Of a stretch of DNA of 31,733 nt, positions 26,099 to 31,733 are shown one piece after another. Both the position numbers and the translations under genes were made by a program. Position 1 is the stretch's first letter. The number at the start of each line of letters is the position of its first letter. Source of the DNA: a virus (taxonomy: Duplodnaviria; Caudoviricetes); the IMG/VR virus record IMGVR_UViG_3300020044_008191, positions 1 to 31,733 of that record; one strand, 5' to 3'. The notes below the pieces were generated by a model. That model searched no databases. It was given only the letters and a program-made list of their open reading frames with translations, and had not been told where the DNA came from.

Positions 26099-27493
26099 TT
26101 AAAAAAAGAAAAAATTACTATCTATTAAATTCCGCTCAATACCATAGCACGTCAAATCGATATGCTCATCGTGTTTTCCGTTTGGGAATATAGCAACTTG
26201 ATGTAAAAAATGTTCGTTCCAAGCTCCTTTTATTAAAATTACACGACCACCTTCTATAAAATGAGAACAAGCCCTTGCATTTTCTATTTTAGAACTGTTT
26301 ACAAATGTAGTTTTTATTTCTGCAATATTTACACTTGTTTGTTGCCTAATTATCTGTACAATAGACTTTCCGCTAGCTTTTGGCTCAACTAAAGACAAAG
26401 ATACATCAACTCCACTTATATTTATATGATTAGGTATGAATTTAATTAGCTCAGGCATTTCTAAATATTTGTCAATACTAGACCAAATCACATAATTATT
26501 ATCCCATTTTGCCCCAATCTGGAATCCAGAAGGGTCGTTTTTAGTGTCTTTAGTATATGCTCCATCGATTATTAATTCCCATTTTAAAGACTGTATAGGA
26601 ATTTCGCTTTTGTCCATTATTCTAAACCAATCTTTTCTCCATTCTCCACCCTCAGCAGGAGCAGGAGTTTGCATATATTGACCAGCAAAATTATAACGAT
26701 TTGCTTGTCTAATTTGCTCTAATTCTTGAAACGTGTGTTTGTCTTCCCACAACGGATTATTATTGTCGTCTAAAGCAGGCAAACATAAATGTGTCCATTC
26801 TTCACCGCTTCCACCTCCTAAAAGAAAGCCGCTTAAATCTTCTTCATGCAATCTCTGCATTATTACAATTATAGGTGTCTCACGGTCATTTACACGGCTT
26901 CTAATCGTTGAATTATATCTTTCGTTAACTGCGCTTCTTTTAGCGTCCGAATTTGCATCATCAGGCTTTAATGGATCATCAATTATAATTGCACCTGAAA
27001 ACATTTCACTTTCGGCTACACCGGCTCCAAATCCTGTAATTGCTCCCCCGCTGGCAGTAGCATAAACACCGCCTCCTGATTCATTAAACCACTTCTTTTT
27101 TCCTTGCGCGTCTTTCTTTAACTTCATTTTCCATAAAGCTTGAAAAGGCTCTGATTCTATATATTCTTTTGTTTGGCTTGAATTATCTAAAGCTAAATCA
27201 TCAGAATATGATAAATGTATAAATTTTGAAGCTGGATTTTTAGCCAAGCACCAAGATATAAAACATTTCACAGCTAATTCAGTCTTTCCGTATCTAAGTT
27301 ACGGGGGGATGTTAATAACGAGCCTTTTTATTTTCCCGTTAAAAACATCCATCAATGTATTAGATATTAAACTTAAATGTTTGGTTTTTATAAAATTTCT
27401 TTTATGATTTTCTTTATATATATACCTAGTGAAAAACATTAAATCGTTTTCGCATTTTATTTTTATGATCTTTTGTTCGTTACTTAATATCAT
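26099..27493 (-). CDS. terL: Terminase large subunit, interrupted by an in-frame TAA at 27299-27301
   Basis: One continuous frame reads RLVINIPP*LRYGKTELAVKCF; Walker B IIIDDP, IMQRLHEED and C-terminal HDEHID nuclease motif are intact. Confidence 0.9.
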
Positions 27494-27995
27494 TTAACGC
27501 GTTTTGATAAGCGTTGTGCGCTTGTATTTCTGTTGCAAATCTACCTAAATATTTTCTAGTATTACCAATTCTTATTTGAGATTCAAATTTACCTTTATTT
27601 TTGCGAACGCCTAAATAAATACTCGTAGTGCCTCTTTTTGTTTTACTACAATTAATTCTATTTGTCGTTATTCTTAAATTATCTAAATAATTATTTAATT
27701 TATTTTCGTCAATATGGTCTATGACTTTTTTATTTGTTTTATCTGGTTTTAGCCCTAAAAAACAAATCCCCATTAATTGATGAACGTTGTATTTTTTCAC
27801 TTTACCTCCTTCAGATAAACTAATGTATATATAGCCTGTTTTTTTATTCAAAGTAGGATTTAAAATTCTGCCTACTAAAAATCTTATTCCAAATCCATTT
27901 GCGTGTGGAACGTCTCTTGAAATACTTCTAACATTTCCGAAGTTAGATATTTGATAAATTCCTTCGTATCCTAAAACATCAATATAATTTTCCAT
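27480..27995 (-). CDS. NUMOD4-HNH-AP2-like homing endonuclease (start revised to MENYIDV)
   Basis: GYEGIYQISNFGNVRS (NUMOD4), IDHIDENKLNNYLDNL (HNH) and SIYLGV...YLGRFATEIQAHNAY (AP2-like). Confidence 0.88.
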   Translation of the reverse strand: MENYIDVLGYEGIYQISNFGNVRSISRDVPHANGFGIRFLVGRILNPTLNKKTGYIYISLSEGGKVKKYNVHQLMGICFLGLKPDKTNKKVIDHIDENKLNNYLDNLRITTNRINCSKTKRGTTSIYLGVRKNKGKFESQIRIGNTRKYLGRFATEIQAHNAYQNALNDIK

Positions 27996-28058
27996 AATAA
28001 AAGAATCCCCAACGCTCACCACGAACGAAAGGGATTAAAAGTTAAGTGTGGTGAATAA

Positions 28059-28088
28059 CAAATATACGATTAATACTTAGATTCCAAA
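28059..28088 (-). promoter_or_regulatory. Promoter for the HNH-AP2 gene
   Basis: TATATTTG (28059-28066) and TTTG (28085-28088). Confidence 0.6.
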
Positions 28089-28360
28089 CTATAATTTATT
28101 TTTTTTATTTCTTCATCTGTAAGTTTTCCTGCATCAATATTTTTATTAGTCTGCTCTACTATTTGCTTAGGCATTCCGTAACGATAATTTAACCATGTTT
28201 TAATTGCTTGTACGTCCCCGTCCTCTACTTTACAAGACAAAGCCATCCATACAGCTTCAGGAATCATGACAGCGTCCATTTGCTCAGCTATTAAGATTTC
28301 ATCTGCTTTAGGCTTTCTACCAGCCCCTTGTCTTGCTCCTCCGTGTGAATTTTCCGCCAT
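28070..28360 (-). CDS. terS: Terminase small subunit
   Basis: HGGARQGAGRKPK N-terminus and GDVQAIK...YGMPKQ; upstream of terL. Confidence 0.7.
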   Translation of the reverse strand: MAENSHGGARQGAGRKPKADEILIAEQMDAVMIPEAVWMALSCKVEDGDVQAIKTWLNYRYGMPKQIVEQTNKNIDAGKLTDEEIKKINYSLESKY

Positions 28361-28446
28361 TTTGAAATAATTTGATTATTCAAATTTATTAAAAAAAACA
28401 ACCGCCTCACAAGGCGTTTAGCGGTTGAAAAATTGATTATGATAAG

Positions 28447-28454
28447 CAAATATA
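28447..28454 (-). promoter_or_regulatory. Promoter upstream of terS
   Basis: TATATTTG; a second element TAACTTTG lies at 28540-28547. Confidence 0.6.
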
Positions 28455-28548
28455 GTGAATTTAAATTAATATTCTCGAGTATTATTTCAATACTTCTTTA
28501 TAATGGTATCATCCATAATGAATATTAATTTTATTAAAACAAAGTTAA

Positions 28549-28578
28549 TAAAAAACCCTTACAATTATGCAAGGGTTT
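28549..28578 (-). terminator. Terminator overlapping the end of 28565-28774
   Basis: AAACCCTTGCA-TAAT-TGTAAGGGTTT followed by Ts on the minus strand. Confidence 0.75.
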
Positions 28579-28774
28579 GAAAAAATGTTTTTTTAAATGT
28601 TTCTAATTCTTCGGTTGCTGATGATATTTCGTATCTTCCGGGTCTGAAATAAATTCTAAAATACTTATTGCTTAACCATCCGGAAACACTTATAAAATCT
28701 TCCGTACAGTACTCTGAAACGTACGTAACATTACTGTTAGTTTTCGCTTTGTGTAAAAATTCTTCTGCTTTCAT
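28565..28774 (-). CDS. Hypothetical protein
   Basis: 69-aa ORF coupled to the upstream gene by ATGA. Confidence 0.65.
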   Translation of the reverse strand: MKAEEFLHKAKTNSNVTYVSEYCTEDFISVSGWLSNKYFRIYFRPGRYEISSATEELETFKKTFFQTLA

Positions 28775-28968
28775 GGTTTTATAATTACGTGTTTACTTTC
28801 AATAACATCAATATCAAACATTTTAGCCCATAAAATTAGTTTTGTATGGTTTATGTGCTTAAAACGCTTTTGTTGGCTTAAATAGCTCTCAGATGTTCCT
28901 ACGTAAGCAGCAAACTGTTTATTGTTCAATCCTGATTTAAATATCAGGTCGTTGATTAGTTCTTTCAT
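28771..28968 (-). CDS. HTH DNA-binding protein (XRE-like)
   Basis: SGLNNKQFAAYVGTSESYLSQ helix-turn-helix pattern. Confidence 0.65.
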   Translation of the reverse strand: MKELINDLIFKSGLNNKQFAAYVGTSESYLSQQKRFKHINHTKLILWAKMFDIDVIESKHVIIKP

Positions 28969-29207
28969 AACTTAGTAGCTTTTAAAAATTCATCAAAGAA
29001 AAGTTTTTCAGCGTAAGAAAGCTTGTCGTAAGGCATCCCGTTCACTAACCACTTTCCGTTTGTTTTAGTTATTTCAACCTTATTAAGTGGTTGTTTGAAA
29101 ACTTCATCGTTCGGGTCAATTGTCGAATTACCATAAATAGGCAAATCACGCTCTGGAATTAAGCCGTTTAATAGGCTTTTATTGTTGTTGTTGATTATAT
29201 CTTTCAT
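28965..29207 (-). CDS. Hypothetical protein
   Basis: 80-aa ORF with coupled overlaps. Confidence 0.6.
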   Translation of the reverse strand: MKDIINNNNKSLLNGLIPERDLPIYGNSTIDPNDEVFKQPLNKVEITKTNGKWLVNGMPYDKLSYAEKLFFDEFLKATKL

Positions 29208-29293
29208 ACTCCAAAAAATAAACTTATTAATATTCTGACTGGCAAATAGGCTGCTATCGTACAGCCTATTATAATTTGTGTTTTTAGTTTCAT
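29204..29293 (-). CDS. Small hydrophobic peptide (29 aa, not in ORF track)
   Basis: MKLKTQIIIGCTIAAYLPVRILISLFFGV*; ATGA overlap with the next gene. Confidence 0.55.
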   Translation of the reverse strand: MKLKTQIIIGCTIAAYLPVRILISLFFGV

Positions 29294-29295
29294 AA

Positions 29296-29451
29296 TTAGT
29301 CGATATAAGCTGATATTGCTCTTTTTACTCGCTCATGAGTCGTAACGCTCATTCTGTAATTATTTATAGCTTTATTAGCCTCTTTTTTAGTATTAAAATC
29401 TTTTGTTTTAATTACTTGACCATTTTCGAAAAATTTTACTGTAGCTTTCAT
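29296..29451 (-). CDS. Small basic protein (51 aa, not in ORF track)
   Basis: MKATVKFFENGQVIKTKDF...SAYID*; variant promoter TATCTTTA at 29489-29496 upstream. Confidence 0.65.
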   Translation of the reverse strand: MKATVKFFENGQVIKTKDFNTKKEANKAINNYRMSVTTHERVKRAISAYID

Positions 29452-29525
29452 AATCTGATAGTTTTAATTATTATTTATTTCTATGGTGTAAAGATACAAC
29501 TATTATTTAGATAAACAATACATTT

Positions 29526-29663
29526 TTAATAAATAATTCCAAAATTTATATAATCTATTTTTTTATTTAATTCATCAAGTCTTTTTGGATTGTCCTGAGA
29601 GACTAGCAAAGCATTGCGTTCTTTGATTAGGTCGTTTAGAGTTGCTTTAGGTTGTTTTTTCAT
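29526..29663 (-). CDS. Small hypothetical protein (45 aa, not in ORF track)
   Basis: MKKQPKATLNDLIKERN...GIIY*; ATGA overlap with the upstream gene. Confidence 0.6.
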   Translation of the reverse strand: MKKQPKATLNDLIKERNALLVSQDNPKRLDELNKKIDYINFGIIY

Positions 29664-29899
29664 TTATATTCTTTATTAAAAATATAATTGAATTTATTTT
29701 GCATTGTTATAAAAAAAGTACTTTTTTTAACTTCTTTATTGTTGTAAAAATTTGACAATACAGGCTCTAACAATTCCTGTAATTCTCTAGCTTTGTCCTG
29801 AATTATTTTAGTTTGTTTAGTTGGTGTTTTAACTGGATCGTCAATTTCTTGTATAAGTAAATCTACTAGGACAAATATTTTTGATAATTTTTTTTGCAT
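29660..29899 (-). CDS. Hypothetical protein
   Basis: 79-aa ORF in operon context. Confidence 0.6.
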   Translation of the reverse strand: MQKKLSKIFVLVDLLIQEIDDPVKTPTKQTKIIQDKARELQELLEPVLSNFYNNKEVKKSTFFITMQNKFNYIFNKEYK

Positions 29900-29905
29900 T
29901 TTATT

Positions 29906-30019
29906 CTATTTTAGTTTTAGTATTTTTCTATAAATTTCGTTTACTTTTTCTTTGTTTACTCCCATCCTGCAATAATGATTCATTATGCGGGTGATTCTAA
30001 ATAGTGGTGTTTTGTTCAT
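29906..30019 (-). CDS. Small hypothetical protein (37 aa, not in ORF track)
   Basis: MNKTPLFRITRIMNHYCRMGVNKEKVNEIYRKILKLK* fills the intergenic gap. Confidence 0.55.
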   Translation of the reverse strand: MNKTPLFRITRIMNHYCRMGVNKEKVNEIYRKILKLK

Positions 30020-30030
30020 GTGTGTAGGTT

Positions 30031-30288
30031 TTAAGGATAAATTTTACCTTTGCCATCTTGTAGGCAATAAGCATTTTTACCAAGGTTATTTAATTCGTCA
30101 ATTCTAAATTTTTGCAATGCTTTTAATGTGTCGTTTTTTTCTTTGCATTCAATCCAGATATCAATTTCTCCTTTTTTAATACATTGTAAATCAGGATAGC
30201 CGTTTTTTGAAAGTTTTATAATATTCAAAACTGTATATCCATTAGATTCAAACTCTGATATTATTTTACTTTGAAATTTGCTTGCCAT
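30031..30288 (-). CDS. VRR-NUC domain nuclease (Holliday junction resolvase-like)
   Basis: GYPDL...WIECK...LQKFRIDEL motifs; next to the SF2 helicase. Confidence 0.85.
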   Translation of the reverse strand: MASKFQSKIISEFESNGYTVLNIIKLSKNGYPDLQCIKKGEIDIWIECKEKNDTLKALQKFRIDELNNLGKNAYCLQDGKGKIYP

Positions 30289-31493
30289 GCTTTAAACTGT
30301 TTATTGTTAAAATTTTCTTTTTTTGAAACTGATTTATAAATAGATTCTGTCAAACTACCTTTTTCAAATATAAAATATACATTGTTTTCTTTTCTATCTT
30401 TTAAAGTAAGTCTATCAATGGCTTGTATAAAATTTTTACCACTGTACCCAAAATTATAAAAAACTAGACAATCCGCTTTTGACAAACTTATTCCTTCGCA
30501 AGTACTAACCTGTTGACCTAAATAATTTTTGTTAGTTGTATTAAACTCATTCAAATCTAAAGTATAGTTCTCTTTAAATATTTCTTGTAAAAGTAGCAAT
30601 TCAGTTTTAAAATTATAAATTATAGCTATTTTTTTATTTTTGAAATATTCTTTTATAAATTCCCCTTTTGAATAATCTAGTATTTTACTATTACCACTTT
30701 CAAAAATAATTGTACCGCTTTCCAGTTGGTGTATTTTTTGCATCAGCTTAACGCCTGTATCGGCTATTATTATTTCGTTTTTTCCTTGGATAATATTATT
30801 TTTTTTTAGTCTATCAATTAAGTTTTTATTACTACTTTCAAAGTTTAATATAGTTTTATTTATGTTTGATATAAAACCACTTTCTTTTTGCGTAAATTTA
30901 AGAGTATAAGGCTCTATTATTTTATTTACTTCTGCTATGTTGCAATTTGAATAATCGTTTATTATTCCGTAGCCTAAATGCTTCTGCTTAATATTTACAT
31001 AATCTTTCGCCCATTTATAAAAATTAATATACTGTTTGAATGGTGAAAAGTTTGAAACTTGGAATTGGTGAAATATTTGTGAACCACTTTCTACGCACAT
31101 AGTCCCACTTAATAATATTACAGGTACATTCCCAAATCTTTTTTTATATATTTTATAAAAATTATTTGGCTTTGGAAATGTGCTAAATAGTCCATGTGCC
31201 TCATCACATACAATAACATCGAAATCATTGTCTGAAATTTTATGTATTGATTCTTTATTTATAATTATGAGTTTAAATTTATAGCCCATCATCTCATAAT
31301 CTGAATTAATATTTGAAAACGCTTTTATCTTTGTTATAAATAATACTTTGTTCGCTTTTACATTTTCGCAAGTTTGAAATGCTGTTAATGTTTTTCCAAC
31401 TCTAGGACTAAAGTTATAATAAACAATCTTTAATCTGTTTAATATATCCGCTCCTTTTTTTGCTAATCTAATTTGATAATCTCTAAGTTCCAT
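30261..31493 (-). CDS. SF2 (SNF2-like) helicase
   Basis: LRDYQ, PRVGKT, CDEAH, LSGT, EGISL and QAIDRL motifs. Confidence 0.88.
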   Translation of the reverse strand: MELRDYQIRLAKKGADILNRLKIVYYNFSPRVGKTLTAFQTCENVKANKVLFITKIKAFSNINSDYEMMGYKFKLIIINKESIHKISDNDFDVIVCDEAHGLFSTFPKPNNFYKIYKKRFGNVPVILLSGTMCVESGSQIFHQFQVSNFSPFKQYINFYKWAKDYVNIKQKHLGYGIINDYSNCNIAEVNKIIEPYTLKFTQKESGFISNINKTILNFESSNKNLIDRLKKNNIIQGKNEIIIADTGVKLMQKIHQLESGTIIFESGNSKILDYSKGEFIKEYFKNKKIAIIYNFKTELLLLQEIFKENYTLDLNEFNTTNKNYLGQQVSTCEGISLSKADCLVFYNFGYSGKNFIQAIDRLTLKDRKENNVYFIFEKGSLTESIYKSVSKKENFNNKQFKAWQANFKVK

Positions 31494-31494
31494 A

Positions 31495-31644
31495 TTATTT
31501 CAGATAAGGTTCAATTGTTCCAAAATCAAATGTTTCAAATTTATCTGTATCAATCCATTTTATAACACATTCCCAACCATATTTTGTTTTAGCTATTTTA
31601 GAAAGTCTAAATGGTCTGTTTTTTTTGCTGTAGTATGTTTTCAT
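31495..31644 (-). CDS. Small hypothetical protein (49 aa, not in ORF track)
   Basis: MKTYYSKKNRPFRLSK...IEPYLK*; stop 1 nt before the helicase ATG. Confidence 0.6.
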   Translation of the reverse strand: MKTYYSKKNRPFRLSKIAKTKYGWECVIKWIDTDKFETFDFGTIEPYLK

Positions 31645-31708
31645 TGTTTTTTACCTTTTGGTTGTTTTTTACCTTTTTTTACCTATGTTTTTTACCTTTT
31701 TTTACCTA
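31645..31708. repeat. Iteron-like T-tract/ACC repeats (possible replication origin)
   Basis: Perfect 23-bp tandem pair at 31663-31685 and 31686-31708 plus a partial copy at 31645; five TTACCT units in total. Confidence 0.8.
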
Positions 31709-31733
31709 GCAAAATCTTTGTTAAGCCTTACTA

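Noticed and set aside
7973-26733. Plus-strand ORFs antisense to structural genes (for example 7973, 10384, 11804, 12137, 17029, 17986, 26733)
   Set aside because: They are shadow ORFs of well-supported minus-strand genes and have no recognisable motifs.
27299-27301. Genome-wide reassignment of TAA
   Set aside because: TAA is the evident stop of many genes here (capsid, portal, tail tube), so any recoding must be site-specific.
27296-27304. terL insert as an integron secondary-site scar (GTTACGG on the plus strand)
   Set aside because: Only a GTT trinucleotide match with no arms, which is expected by chance.
1-31733. Lysogeny module or prophage boundaries
   Set aside because: No integrase, CI-type repressor with peptidase domain or host genes were recognised, so lifestyle cannot be determined from this window.

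Overview
This window is an AT-rich, probably near-complete genome of a tailed siphovirus-type phage. The host is most likely Bacteroidota (Flavobacterium-like), inferred from repeated TAnnTTTG promoters and A-rich leaders without Shine-Dalgarno motifs. The minus strand carries an SF2 helicase, a VRR-NUC nuclease, small genes, terS, an HNH-AP2 endonuclease, terL, portal, head morphogenesis protein, HK97-type protease and capsid, neck and tail genes, tape measure protein, tail tip and fibre genes, and the lysis cassette. A short plus-strand operon holds SSB, a Zn/HNH protein, a putative annealase and a YqaJ exonuclease, and it diverges from a minus-strand early/replication operon ending in a primase and a primase-helicase. 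No integrase, reverse transcriptase, CRISPR array or tRNA was recognised. The most notable observations are: (1) an integron-like array of attC-type palindromic sites delimiting small gene cassettes at 4385-5102, with no integrase in the window; (2) terL interrupted inside its Walker A motif by a 6-nt in-frame insert containing a TAA stop within a small hairpin, suggesting recoding; (3) a shared promoter/pseudoknot-like leader in front of two unrelated nuclease genes; (4) a DUF305-like helical insert in the prohead protease; (5) a tail-fibre-like SGNH protein with an apparent Sec signal peptide. All family assignments come from motif recognition by eye and no database searches were run.
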